Origin: an uncultured Pelagibacteraceae bacterium
Lineage (GTDB): Bacteria > Pseudomonadota > Alphaproteobacteria > Pelagibacterales > Pelagibacteraceae
Assembly (NCBI GenBank): GCA_902524045.1
Contig: CABZBT010000001.1
Coordinates: forward strand, 1-55,044
Length of the DNA: 55,044 nt
Direction: 5' to 3'
Position numbers and translations under genes: made by a program. A model generated the notes under the pieces. That model was not told the origin of the DNA, did no database searches, and was given only the letters and a program-made list of their open reading frames with translations. Shown here piece by piece: positions 17,484 to 27,838 of the stretch. How positions within the stretch are numbered: position 1 is the first letter of the stretch; every line of letters starts with the position of its first letter.

Positions 17484-18714
17484 TAAGATTTTTTAACATT
17501 TCAATAGATGATTTTATTCCATCTTCATGAAAACCGTAACCAAAATAACTCCCACAAAAAAGTATATTTCTTTTATTTTGTAAGTTTTTTAGCTCACTTT
17601 GATAATCTAGAGCTGATTGATCAAAATACGGATGGGTAAACTTTACTTTTTTTAAAATTTTAGATTCTTCGATCTCGAAATAAGGATTAAGAGTAAGAAA
17701 TATGTTTTCCTCACATTCTAAATTTTGCAACAAATTAAGCCAGTATGTTATTGAATTTTTTTCAATTTCATCTTTTTTCATAGACGAGTTCCAAGAACAC
17801 CAAGCCTTTTTATTTTTAGGCATAGCTGTCTCATCGGTATGCACATAAGCAAAATTCTCTTTATAATTAAAATTTGATAATATTTCGTTTTCCTGATCGG
17901 TTGGATTTTCTATCATAGCCAATGCTTCATCTGCATGAGTAGCTATTATAACTTTGTCATAATTAAAAAATTCATTTTTTCCACCGTAGTATAAATCTGC
18001 TCCATTATTTTTGCCTCTAATTTTATTAACCTGATAATTCTTAAAATATTCACCACTAATTTTTGAGATAATTTTTTGAACATAAGTTCTACTTCTTTTT
18101 GATACTGTGTACCATTGTGGTCTATTTTTTAATTTAAATAATCCATGGTTTTGAAAAAATTTTAAAAAGAACCTAAAGGGCATTTTATTAGCAGCATAGG
18201 GTGGCATTGACCAAATAGCCGATACCATTGGTATCATATGATAATTTATAAATTCATCTGAAAGATTATTTTTTGTTAAATAATCACCCAATGTGATTTC
18301 TTTATCAACTGTATTTGATAAATCTGAGTCTTTATAAAATTTGATAATTTCAAAAACCATTTTTAAAAATTTAAAATTAAAAATGTTTGTTCTATTTGAA
18401 AAAATTCCACTTAAGCCTTTGCCACAGTATTCAAAATTTGAATTTTCTACCTTCACAGAAAATGACATATTACTTTTTTCAATGCCTATTTTATTTTCTT
18501 CAAAGAATTTAATTAGATTTGGATAAGTTTTAAAATTAAAAACAATAAAACCAATATCTACTGGAATTTTTTTTTTTCCAATAATTAGATCAATCGTATG
18601 TGAATGACCCCCAAAATGATCTTCTTTTTCAAATAAATCTACATGATTATTTTTTGAGAGATAATAAGCGGCACTTAAACCTGAAATTCCTGATCCAACT
18701 ACAGCAATTTTCAT
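17476..18714 (-). CDS. FAD-dependent oxidoreductase/desaturase (UfaD-like)
   Basis: VVGSGISG, GGHSHT, VDIGFIVFN..TYP and GYGFHEDG motifs; overlaps the DUF1365 gene. Confidence 0.9.
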   Translation of the reverse strand: MKIAVVGSGISGLSAAYYLSKNNHVDLFEKEDHFGGHSHTIDLIIGKKKIPVDIGFIVFNFKTYPNLIKFFEENKIGIEKSNMSFSVKVENSNFEYCGKGLSGIFSNRTNIFNFKFLKMVFEIIKFYKDSDLSNTVDKEITLGDYLTKNNLSDEFINYHMIPMVSAIWSMPPYAANKMPFRFFLKFFQNHGLFKLKNRPQWYTVSKRSRTYVQKIISKISGEYFKNYQVNKIRGKNNGADLYYGGKNEFFNYDKVIIATHADEALAMIENPTDQENEILSNFNYKENFAYVHTDETAMPKNKKAWCSWNSSMKKDEIEKNSITYWLNLLQNLECEENIFLTLNPYFEIEESKILKKVKFTHPYFDQSALDYQSELKNLQNKRNILFCGSYFGYGFHEDGIKSSIEMLKNLND

Positions 18715-18720
18715 TTATTA

Positions 18721-21591
18721 CTAAGCTGCATCTTCTTTAAATTCATCCATGCTTGGACATGTACAAAAAATATTTTTATCCCCATATACATTATCAACTC
18801 TCGCTACTGGCGGCCAAAACTTATTTGTCTTCAAAAATTTGGCTGGATAAGCAGCCTCTTCTCTTGAATATTTATGTTTCCAATCATCAGAAGCTAACTC
18901 TGTATCAGTATGAGGAGCATTCTTAATTGGATTATCAATTTTATCAAACTTCCCAGTTTTAATTAAATCTATTTCTTGTTTTATTTTAATTAGAGTATCA
19001 CAGAACCTATCTAATTCAGACAAATTCTCGCTCTCTGTTGGCTCTATCATCATAGTTCCACTTACAGGCCAAGACATTGTTGGTGCATGGAAACCATAAT
19101 CGATTAACCTTTTTGCAATGTCTTCCTCTGTAACACCTGTTTCTGATTTAATTGATCTAATATCAATAATACATTCATGAGCAACGTTGCCATTTGAACC
19201 TTTGTATAAAATTGGATAATGATCTTTTAGCTTGTTGGCAATATAGTTTGCATTTAATATCGCAACCTTAGTAGCAAGTTTCAATCCCTCAGATCCCATC
19301 ATCTTTATATACATCCAGGAAATAGATAAAATACTTGAGCTTCCCCAAGGCGCCGCTGAGACAGCACCTATACCAGTTGCAGGTCCACAATCTTTAACAA
19401 CTGGATGATTAGGCAAATAAACTTGTAGATGTCTTTTGCATGCAATAGGTCCCATTCCAGGTCCCCCTCCACCGTGAGGAATACAGAATGTTTTATGTAA
19501 ATTTATATGGCAAACATCTGGACCAAAATTTCCAGGTTTTGCTATTCCAACAAGTGCATTTAAATTTGCTCCATCCATGTAAACTTGACCTCCATGTTTA
19601 TGAATTAAATCACAAATATCTGATATTTTTTCTTCAAATACACCATGTGTAGATGGATATGTAACCATTAAAGCTCCAAGATTCTCAGAATGAATTTCTG
19701 CTTTTTTCTTCAAATCCTCAAAATCGACATTTCCCTCTTTATCACAATTAACAACCACAACTTTCATTCCAACCATTTGAGCACTTGCAGGATTGGTTCC
19801 ATGTGCTGAGCTAGGTATCAAACATATATTTCTATTTTTATCGCCTCTATCTGAATGATATTTTCTAATAACCATTAATCCTGCATATTCACCTTGAGCA
19901 CCTGCGTTTGGCTGAAGCGAGACTCCTGAAAAACCAGTAATTGATCTTAACCAATTTTTAAGATCAGTGAACAATGTTCTATATCCTTCCATCTGCTCAA
20001 TAGGTACAAACGGATGAGGCTCAGCCAATTCTCTCCATGATATTGGGATCATTTCGGCCGTTGCATTTAACTTCATTGTGCATGAACCTAACGCTATCAT
20101 AGTCCTATTTAGGGCAATATCTTTATCCTCTAACCTCTTTAGATATCTTAGCATTTCTGTTTCTGAACGATATAAATTAAAAACTGGATGTTCTAAATAT
20201 TTTGAAGTTCTTAATAAATTTTTTGGTAGATTAGGTAATTTCACTGTTGGATCTTCTTTTTTAATTGACTCTGCTGCATTAAAAATTTTTAACAATTGAT
20301 TTACTCTATAAACATTTTTCTTTTCATCAAAAGAAACAGCAAGCATTTCAGAATTTACTTTTCGTATATTAACTTTTTGATTTAAAGCATTTTTATAAAT
20401 TTGATCAGTTTTATCTTTAGTAATAATTGTAACAGTATCAAAAAAATAATCAGAATATAACTCATATCCAGATTGTTTTATTTTATCAGCAAAGTTTTTT
20501 GCCAATTGAGATACTCTTTCAGAAATATTTTTTATTCCATCTGGACCATGATAGATTGCGTATGCTGCAGACACTATAGCTAATAATGCCTGGGCAGTGC
20601 AAATATTACTTGTGGCTTTATCTCTTCTAATATGCTGTTCTCTAGTTTGTAATGACAATCTATAAGCCTTATTTCCATGTCTATCTACTGAAACACCTAC
20701 TATTCTTCCTGGCATAGATCTTTTATATTCATCTTTTGTTGCAAAAAATGCTGCATGCGGTCCTCCATAACCCATTGGAATACCAAACCTTTGAGAACTT
20801 CCAACTGCAATATCAGCTCCAAGTTCTCTCGGTGTTTTAAGTTTAGCAAGCGCAAGAAGATCACAAGCTAAAATTGCTTTACCATTTTTTTTATGAATTT
20901 TACTTATTGCCTCGCTAGGATCTTTGATATCACCTAAGGATCCTGGGTACTGTAAAATTCCACAAACAATATCCTCTTTTAATTGCTCTAAAACTTTATC
21001 TTCATTACCAACAAAAACTTTTAAACCCATGGGCTCTGCCCGAGTTTTTATAACTTCAATTGTTTGTGGATGACAATTTTCAGAGACAAAAACTAAATTA
21101 CTATCACTTTTATTAAGCCTGTCACTCAAACCCATTGCTTCTGCAGCTGCCGTACCCTCGTCAAGTAAAGATGCATTTGCAATATCCATACCAGTGAAAT
21201 CAACAACCATTTGTTGAAAGTTTAATAACATTTCCAATCTCCCTTGTGCTACCTCTGGCTGATAAGGTGTATAAGAGGTATACCAACCTGGATTTTCTAA
21301 TATATTTCTTAAAATTACGTGTGGTGTATATGTTCCATAATAACCCATACCTATAAAGTTTGAGTAAATTTGATTTTTTTTTGAAATTGCTTTCAATTTT
21401 CTTAAAGCTTCATATTCCGAATTTGAGTCACCAATATTTAGTTCTCCTTTAAAATGTATTTTTTCTGGAACAGTATTATTTATTAAATCATCCAGTGATT
21501 TATAATTTAATTTTTTCAACATTTTTGATTGATCCTCTTCAGTAGGACCAATATGTCTTTTTAAAAAGTCTTTTTGTGAACTATGTAACAT
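18721..21591 (-). CDS. gcvP: Glycine dehydrogenase (decarboxylating), P protein
   Basis: YTPYQPEVAQG, ATSNICTAQ, HLNLHKTF-type PLP motif (HINLHKTF) and RVDNVYGD. Confidence 0.98.
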   Translation of the reverse strand: MLHSSQKDFLKRHIGPTEEDQSKMLKKLNYKSLDDLINNTVPEKIHFKGELNIGDSNSEYEALRKLKAISKKNQIYSNFIGMGYYGTYTPHVILRNILENPGWYTSYTPYQPEVAQGRLEMLLNFQQMVVDFTGMDIANASLLDEGTAAAEAMGLSDRLNKSDSNLVFVSENCHPQTIEVIKTRAEPMGLKVFVGNEDKVLEQLKEDIVCGILQYPGSLGDIKDPSEAISKIHKKNGKAILACDLLALAKLKTPRELGADIAVGSSQRFGIPMGYGGPHAAFFATKDEYKRSMPGRIVGVSVDRHGNKAYRLSLQTREQHIRRDKATSNICTAQALLAIVSAAYAIYHGPDGIKNISERVSQLAKNFADKIKQSGYELYSDYFFDTVTIITKDKTDQIYKNALNQKVNIRKVNSEMLAVSFDEKKNVYRVNQLLKIFNAAESIKKEDPTVKLPNLPKNLLRTSKYLEHPVFNLYRSETEMLRYLKRLEDKDIALNRTMIALGSCTMKLNATAEMIPISWRELAEPHPFVPIEQMEGYRTLFTDLKNWLRSITGFSGVSLQPNAGAQGEYAGLMVIRKYHSDRGDKNRNICLIPSSAHGTNPASAQMVGMKVVVVNCDKEGNVDFEDLKKKAEIHSENLGALMVTYPSTHGVFEEKISDICDLIHKHGGQVYMDGANLNALVGIAKPGNFGPDVCHINLHKTFCIPHGGGGPGMGPIACKRHLQVYLPNHPVVKDCGPATGIGAVSAAPWGSSSILSISWMYIKMMGSEGLKLATKVAILNANYIANKLKDHYPILYKGSNGNVAHECIIDIRSIKSETGVTEEDIAKRLIDYGFHAPTMSWPVSGTMMIEPTESENLSELDRFCDTLIKIKQEIDLIKTGKFDKIDNPIKNAPHTDTELASDDWKHKYSREEAAYPAKFLKTNKFWPPVARVDNVYGDKNIFCTCPSMDEFKEDAA

Positions 21592-21971
21592 TATGAATTA
21601 CTCTCCTTTGCAAATTTATCGTAATCTTTTTTGTTCATTAAAGAATCCATTTCTGACTTGTCCTTAATTTTTAATTTAAAAAACCAAGCATTGTTCTCAG
21701 GATCTTGGTTTATTTTTGATGGATCATCTACAATTTCTTGATTTGTATCTAATACTTCCCCACTGACTGGAGTATAAACATCGCTTGCAGCTTTGGTAGA
21801 CTCTACAACTCCTGCCGTTCCATCCTTTTCTACACTAGAACCTTTTTCTGGAAGCTCTGCAAACACAATATCTCCTAGCATCTCCGTTGCATGCTTTGTT
21901 ATACCAATTGTTGCAATATCACCCTCTAATTTTATCCATTCATGTTCTTTGGAATATTTAACTTCACTCAT
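21591..21971 (-). CDS. gcvH: Glycine cleavage H protein
   Basis: HEW motif and VESTKAAS lipoyl-lysine motif. Confidence 0.97.
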   Translation of the reverse strand: MSEVKYSKEHEWIKLEGDIATIGITKHATEMLGDIVFAELPEKGSSVEKDGTAGVVESTKAASDVYTPVSGEVLDTNQEIVDDPSKINQDPENNAWFFKLKIKDKSEMDSLMNKKDYDKFAKESNS

Positions 21972-23074
21972 TAGTTCGATCCTTTCACATAACTTTTTTT
22001 ATAAAATGGTAAGCTACAAACGCTGGCTGCATGTTTTTTACCTCTCACCTCTAAGAATACTTTTGTATTTTTTTCAGAAAATTTATTTTCCACATAGCCC
22101 ATTGCTACAGGTCCATTAACACTCGGACCAAATGTTCCACTGGTAATCTCTCCAATATGAACATCTGATTGATTAAATATTTTTGTTTTTTCTCTAGCAA
22201 TTACCCTTCCCTCAGGTTTAATTCCAACTCTAATTTTTGTAACACCATTGTTCAATTGTTTAATAATAATATCTGAACCAATAAAGCCTCCTTTAGATAT
22301 TCTCTCTTTTGAAATTGCCCACTTTAAATTTGCTTCCACCGGGGTTTTGTCTTTATCAAGATCATGACCGTACAAACATAAGCCAGCTTCTAACCTTAAT
22401 GTATCTCTTGCTCCTAAACCCACTAGCTTCGATCCTTTATCAATTAATTCTCTGGTCAGTTTATCTGCAAAATTATTTGGAATTGATATCTCGAAACCAT
22501 CTTCACCTGTATACCCAGATCGAGTAATGTATACTTTTTGATTATCAAATAAGAACAAGTTTCCAGACATAAAATTTAAATCTTTTACTCCATCAATGAC
22601 ATCATTTAGGATTTGCGATGATTTAGGTCCCTGAATTGCTATTAGAGATCTATTTTCATCCAAAACCATTTGATACTTTTCGTTTAACAGTTCCTTTAAA
22701 ATTTTAAAATCATTGTCTTTACACGCCGCATTAAGAATTATTAAAAAACCTTCCTTAATTTTTGTAATGATTAAATCATCTTGTATTCCAGCATCTTTAT
22801 CCATTAGGAAGCTGTATTTAGAATGATTTAGTCTCAAATTTTTCAAATCTAATGGAAAAATTTTTTCTAAATCTTTGATTAGTTCATCGCCACCATAAAT
22901 AAATAATTGACCCATATGTGAAACATCAAAAATACCAGAGTGATTTCTTGTAAATTTATGCTCCTCTACAATACCTTCAGAATATTGGATTGGCATCTGA
23001 TAACCGGCAAATTCAACAAACTTTGCGTTACAATCTTGGTGTAATTGGTAAAGCGATGTTTTTTTTGTTTCCAT
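21971..23074 (-). CDS. gcvT: Glycine cleavage T protein (aminomethyltransferase)
   Basis: [18 protein letters not shown] and [11 protein letters not shown] motifs. Confidence 0.97.
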   Translation of the reverse strand: METKKTSLYQLHQDCNAKFVEFAGYQMPIQYSEGIVEEHKFTRNHSGIFDVSHMGQLFIYGGDELIKDLEKIFPLDLKNLRLNHSKYSFLMDKDAGIQDDLIITKIKEGFLIILNAACKDNDFKILKELLNEKYQMVLDENRSLIAIQGPKSSQILNDVIDGVKDLNFMSGNLFLFDNQKVYITRSGYTGEDGFEISIPNNFADKLTRELIDKGSKLVGLGARDTLRLEAGLCLYGHDLDKDKTPVEANLKWAISKERISKGGFIGSDIIIKQLNNGVTKIRVGIKPEGRVIAREKTKIFNQSDVHIGEITSGTFGPSVNGPVAMGYVENKFSEKNTKVFLEVRGKKHAASVCSLPFYKKSYVKGSN

Positions 23075-23088
23075 ATTAACTCATTTTA

Positions 23089-23246
23089 CCCATCTGTATA
23101 TTTGCCTGAGAGTTTTGCTCCTTCGGCGAGAATTAAATCTCTTTCCAGAGTTAATATGTTACGGTCCTTTTTGCCTGAGAGATTCCTGGGTAGTTGCTCC
23201 TTCGGCGCTACGATAAACTGTAGTCTCTCCCGTTAATCAATAGTCC
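23089..23246 (-). ncRNA. Tandem glycine riboswitch
   Basis: Minus strand shows GGAC leader, aptamer 1 (GGAGAGA...CGCCGAAGGAGCAA...CTCTCAGGCAAAAAGGACCG) and aptamer 2 (CTCTGGAAAG...CGCCGAAGGAGCAA...CTCTCAGGC...ACAGATGGG); lies 5' of gcvT. Confidence 0.96.
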
Positions 23247-23264
23247 TATAAGTAAGTTAAAATG

Positions 23265-24146
23265 TCAATTGGAAACGATTGCTTTTGGTTTTTTTAAAAG
23301 CGTATAAAACTGTAATAATACAGCAAAAAGTATTATTGCTCCTCCTATCAACCCATATAATGATGGTATTTCACTTACAAAAATAAAAGCCCAAATAGGA
23401 CCAAGAACAGATTCGGATAGCATGATTATTCCAACCATTGCAGAAGGAGTTGTTCTTGCACCAATTGTTATAAAAATAAAACCAAAACCTATTTGAAAAA
23501 ATCCAGCTAAAAAACCTAAAAAAATATCATGAGGTGAAATCATTATAGTGGGTGAAAGTGATAAACCAATAAGACATGAACTTATACCTGCAACGAACTG
23601 TGCTGGGACCATATCAACTGATGGAAATTTTCTAACGATCATTATCAAAACCGCAAAAGTAATTGGCATTGTGAAAGCTGCTAAATTTCCAGATAATTCT
23701 CCTGGAGATAATGAGTTTCCAACCATTAACAGCGCTCCAGACATTGCTAAAATAATTGAAATTAAAGTAATTAAATTAATTTTTTCTTTTAAGAAGAAGA
23801 AACCAAATATAGCTAAAAATAAAATTTGAAGTGATATGATGAAATTAGTATTAGCAACAGTAGTGTTATACATAGCAAAAACATAACCACAAAAACCAAT
23901 AGATAATATTAACCCACCAATAAAACCTGGTAATCCAGAGTCATAAAACGATTTTAAAACTTTGCTCTTATAAGTGATTATCAAAAAAGTTAAAACTGTA
24001 AGAGAAAAAAATAAGGATCTCCAAAATAATATTTGCCATAATGTTGCTCCCTCAAAAGATTTTACTATTAGTCCACCAAAGCTTAAACTAAGAGCACCAA
24101 AAAATATCAGTAATGGACCCGGTAAACTTTTTAAAATATTCATCAA
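23265..24146 (-). CDS. DMT/EamA family transporter
   Basis: About 10 TM segments; FFLKEK and ESVLGPIW motifs. Confidence 0.88.
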   Translation of the reverse strand: MMNILKSLPGPLLIFFGALSLSFGGLIVKSFEGATLWQILFWRSLFFSLTVLTFLIITYKSKVLKSFYDSGLPGFIGGLILSIGFCGYVFAMYNTTVANTNFIISLQILFLAIFGFFFLKEKINLITLISIILAMSGALLMVGNSLSPGELSGNLAAFTMPITFAVLIMIVRKFPSVDMVPAQFVAGISSCLIGLSLSPTIMISPHDIFLGFLAGFFQIGFGFIFITIGARTTPSAMVGIIMLSESVLGPIWAFIFVSEIPSLYGLIGGAIILFAVLLQFYTLLKKPKAIVSN

Positions 24147-25087
24147 ATTTGAGAAATTAAGTTTTGAGTTTCTAGTTCATACAATTTAAAAAGAGTTTCT
24201 GCACTATTTAAATCTACCTCCTGAAATTTGACTCTTGAGCCAGGAGTTAATTGAACTAATTTATCATAATCAGCACTCACAACGACACCGATTTTAGGAT
24301 ACCCCCCTATGGTACCATGATCTGAGAGCATGATTATTGGATTGCCATCAGTCGGCACTTGTATCACGCCCTTAATTAAGCCCTCAGATCTAATATTAGT
24401 ATCAACTATATTTTCTATTTTTTTTCCCTCTAATCTCATTCCCATACGATCGGATAATTTAGAGACTTTAAACTCATTTTTAAAAAAAATTTTCTTACCC
24501 ACTTCAGAAAAATAATTAAAATTTGTCCCTTTAATTACTCTAATATGTTCTATTTTTGTATTAACATAATTTAATTTTCTACTCACAAAATTATTATTAA
24601 TTTCTTTGATTTTAATTTTTTGGTTATCAGATAACTTTTCACCATTATTAGATCCTATCTTTGCCTTAGTATTAGTTGAACAACTAGACCATTGAAATTT
24701 TAAATCAAATGTACCACTGATTGCTAGATATCCATAAACGGATTTATTGGTTGAAATAATATCTAACTCGTCATCATTTTCTAAAATAAATGATTGATAA
24801 CATTCTCCATCAATTAAATTATCACCATTTTTAATTTTAAAACTGACATCGCCAGTAATAGCAATATTAATTTTATTTCCATGATATTTTAAATGAGGGC
24901 CCTGATATGCAAATTCTATTACTGGATGGTTATGATCATTGCCAGTAAGTTTGTTAGCTAGTAAATAGTTTCTATTATCCATGGCTCCACTGAATGGGAT
25001 ACCTATATGATAAAGATTATTCCTTCCAAGATCCTGGAAAGTCGAATTAATACCAGCCCTTATAATTTCAAAATAATTTTTATTCAT
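24143..25087 (-). CDS. pxpC: 5-oxoprolinase subunit C (allophanate hydrolase subunit 2 family)
   Basis: QDLGR, SGAMD, SDRMGMRL and DHGTIGGYPKI motifs. Confidence 0.9.
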   Translation of the reverse strand: MNKNYFEIIRAGINSTFQDLGRNNLYHIGIPFSGAMDNRNYLLANKLTGNDHNHPVIEFAYQGPHLKYHGNKINIAITGDVSFKIKNGDNLIDGECYQSFILENDDELDIISTNKSVYGYLAISGTFDLKFQWSSCSTNTKAKIGSNNGEKLSDNQKIKIKEINNNFVSRKLNYVNTKIEHIRVIKGTNFNYFSEVGKKIFFKNEFKVSKLSDRMGMRLEGKKIENIVDTNIRSEGLIKGVIQVPTDGNPIIMLSDHGTIGGYPKIGVVVSADYDKLVQLTPGSRVKFQEVDLNSAETLFKLYELETQNLISQI

Positions 25088-25754
25088 GATAATTTTGATA
25101 ATTCTCTTTGGTAATTCTCTTAAATATAACTAAATCACCTGGATTAATTAAGTTAGGCTTATTTTCTTTGGAGCTATCAAAAATATTTAATGGAGTATTT
25201 CCAATGATATTCCATCCTCCAGGACTTTCAAATGTGTAGATATTTGCAAATTGCTCAGTTAAACCAATTGAGCCCTTTGGCACTTTAACCCTAGGCGTTT
25301 CAAGACGTTTTGCTCTAAGATTTTCATCTAAATCTCCAAGAAAAGGCATACCTGCAATAAAACCAGTCATATAGCAAAAAAATTCTTTTTCAAAAAAACT
25401 CTCGTATATTTTTTCTTCTCTCATCTTAAGTTTTTCTTCTAATCTTTTTATGTCTAGAGAAAATTCTTTCTCACAACAAATAGGAATTTCGAATTTTTTA
25501 TTTTGAATACTATCACTTTTAATAATCTCAATATTATCAACTATCTTTTTCAGTTTATTAAAATTAATTTTTTTTAGATCAAAAGAAATAATCAATTTAT
25601 TATATGATGGGGTAAGATTATTTATTCCTGGAATATTTTTTTTTTGAATAGTTTTAAAGTATTTGATTACGTGAGTGTTAATCTCTTTATTTATCTCTTT
25701 ACCAAAATCACAATATAAAGCTGCGTCACCAAGATTTGATATATTTTTTATCAT
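25080..25754 (-). CDS. pxpB: 5-oxoprolinase subunit B
   Basis: LGDAAL, GFIAGMPFLG, VPKGSIG and SPGGWNIIG motifs. Confidence 0.9.
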   Translation of the reverse strand: MIKNISNLGDAALYCDFGKEINKEINTHVIKYFKTIQKKNIPGINNLTPSYNKLIISFDLKKINFNKLKKIVDNIEIIKSDSIQNKKFEIPICCEKEFSLDIKRLEEKLKMREEKIYESFFEKEFFCYMTGFIAGMPFLGDLDENLRAKRLETPRVKVPKGSIGLTEQFANIYTFESPGGWNIIGNTPLNIFDSSKENKPNLINPGDLVIFKRITKENYQNYHE

Positions 25755-25775
25755 GCCATGTTATACTTAAGAATA

Positions 25776-26555
25776 ATGAGTATTGAAATTAATATAAATT
25801 GTGATTTAGGCGAAAAATCTAGACATCATTCTAACAAGTATGATCCTGACTTACTTGAGATAGTTAATTCAGCAAATATAGCATGTGGCTATCATGCAGG
25901 TGATGAGGAGACTATGAGTCAAGTTGTAGAAATATCAAAAAAAAATGGTGTTAGTATTGGAGCACATCCATCTTTTAATGATCCTGAAAATTTTGGTAGA
26001 GAAAGAATGAACTTATCTGACTCGGAGATAGAAAAATTAATTATTGATCAATATGAAATTCTACAAACAATTTCATCTAAACATGGTGAAAATGTTACTC
26101 ATATAAAACCACATGGTGCCTTAAATAATATGGCATGCGAGGATATTGATTTAGCGACAACATTAGCAAAAGTAATCAAAAGGATAAATCCTGAGTTGAT
26201 TTATTTAGTGCCAACTGGGTCTAAAATGGAACACGCTGCAAAAAAGGTAAATTTGAAAACTGCTTGTGAAATATTTGCAGATAGAAATTATGAAGATGAT
26301 GGAAATCTTGTATCAAGAAAAAAACCTCATGCTTTAATTACTGATCCTGAACAAGCAAAAAAACATGTATTAAAGATGGTTCAAACTCAGTCACTTAATT
26401 GTCACAGTGGAAAACAAATACCTTGTGAAATCGATTCCGTGTGTATACATGGAGATAATATTAATTCATTAGCAACAGCTAAATCAATTAAAACAGACTT
26501 GCTAAATAATGGCATTAAACTTAAAACATTAAATAAAATGAAAAAATTTATATGA
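25776..26555 (+). CDS. pxpA: 5-oxoprolinase subunit A (LamB/YcsF)
   Basis: NCDLGE, SANIACGYHAGD, HIKPHGAL, FADRNY and CIHGD motifs; start moved from 25758 to 25776. Confidence 0.92.
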   Translation: MSIEININCDLGEKSRHHSNKYDPDLLEIVNSANIACGYHAGDEETMSQVVEISKKNGVSIGAHPSFNDPENFGRERMNLSDSEIEKLIIDQYEILQTISSKHGENVTHIKPHGALNNMACEDIDLATTLAKVIKRINPELIYLVPTGSKMEHAAKKVNLKTACEIFADRNYEDDGNLVSRKKPHALITDPEQAKKHVLKMVQTQSLNCHSGKQIPCEIDSVCIHGDNINSLATAKSIKTDLLNNGIKLKTLNKMKKFI

Positions 26556-27043
26556 TTAAAAACTTACTTCTCTCTGCTGTGTTTTCAGTCTTTTTAATTT
26601 CAAACTCGTTTGCTGCAGGTTCTAGTGACAGCAGTTCTTCTAATACTGAAACAAAATATGATATGGCAGTAACGCACATTAAAGTAGCAAAAAAATTTGA
26701 AGAAAAAGATAAGATAGAAAAAGCAAAAAAAAGATACGAGAAAGCTCAAAAGCTATTACTACAATCAAATAAAAAATATCCAAACAAACCTGATACATTA
26801 AATTATTTAGGTTTCACTACTCGAAAACTTGGAGATTTTGAAAATGGTGAAAAATATTACTTACAAGGTTTAAAAATTGATCCTAAACATATAGGTATCA
26901 ATGAATACCTCGGAGAATTATACGTAGCAACAAATAGACATAATCTTGCAGTTGGAAGACTGGAGGTGCTAAAAGGTTGTAACTGTAAAGAATATGATGA
27001 TTTGAAAGCTATAATTGCTGGTAAAAAAGTTTCAAAATATTAA
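26552..27043 (+). CDS. Exported TPR-repeat protein
   Basis: Signal peptide, Ser-rich linker, TPR-like NYLGFTTRKLG...EYLGELY. Confidence 0.8.
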   Translation: MIKNLLLSAVFSVFLISNSFAAGSSDSSSSNTETKYDMAVTHIKVAKKFEEKDKIEKAKKRYEKAQKLLLQSNKKYPNKPDTLNYLGFTTRKLGDFENGEKYYLQGLKIDPKHIGINEYLGELYVATNRHNLAVGRLEVLKGCNCKEYDDLKAIIAGKKVSKY

Positions 27044-27103
27044 TCTATATTTAAAAAGATATCTAAAAGTTTATAATATAAATTATTTAAATAAATTATT
27101 AAA

Positions 27104-27715
27104 TTGTTAGAAGAATCTCTCATACTCTTACAAATTATCTTTATAGATATTATCTTAGCTGCAGATAATGCAATTATAATTGGTTTAATTGCTGCTAACT
27201 TTGTGCCTAAAAATAGAAAATTGATTATTTTTTGGGGTGTAGTTGGTGCACTTGTTTTCAAAGTCTTATTTGCTGTTTTTGCAACTTATCTTTTCCAATT
27301 TTATTGGGTTAAAATTATCGGAGGGCTTTTATTAATATGGATTGTAAATGATTTGAGAAAAGATTTATTTGAGATTAAAAAAATTAAATCACCAACCAAG
27401 AAATCAAAAGAGCCATCTTTTATAAAAAGTATTTATAAAGTTCTTTTCGCAGATATAACAATTAGTTTTGATAACGTAATCGGAGTTGTTGGAGCTGCGA
27501 AAGGTAATTTTGGTTATATGATGTTTGGACTTATTCTATCAGTTGTTTTAACAGGTGCACTTGCAACTTATCTGGCAAATTATATACAAAAACACCTTTG
27601 GATTGCTTATGTTGGTTTAGGTTTTATTTTACTCGTTGCATTACAACTAATTATCGGTGGGTTAGATGATTATGGTGTTCTATCGATTAACGAAACTTTC
27701 AAAAAATATTTTTAA
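27104..27715 (+). CDS. TerC/YjbE family membrane protein
   Basis: IDIILAADNA and ADITISFDNV motifs; TTG start. Confidence 0.88.
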   Translation: MLEESLILLQIIFIDIILAADNAIIIGLIAANFVPKNRKLIIFWGVVGALVFKVLFAVFATYLFQFYWVKIIGGLLLIWIVNDLRKDLFEIKKIKSPTKKSKEPSFIKSIYKVLFADITISFDNVIGVVGAAKGNFGYMMFGLILSVVLTGALATYLANYIQKHLWIAYVGLGFILLVALQLIIGGLDDYGVLSINETFKKYF

Positions 27716-27838
27716 CTATATTATTTATTAATAAAATAACTATTTTTTGAGAAAAATTAAATAATTTGCTTATTGAAAGTTTTTAAAATTTGGTTTTAAT
27801 TTAGTTTTTAAAAAATTATTAACAATATAAGGATTATA

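Noticed and set aside
23045-23236. 63-aa plus-strand ORF
   Set aside because: Antisense to the glycine riboswitch; the raised GC is explained by RNA structure.
23241-23250. tagtcc-like matches at 23241, 12282 and 34585 as further hairpin copies
   Set aside because: Only short matches, explained as the riboswitch leader or SD sequences, without the loop or partner arm.
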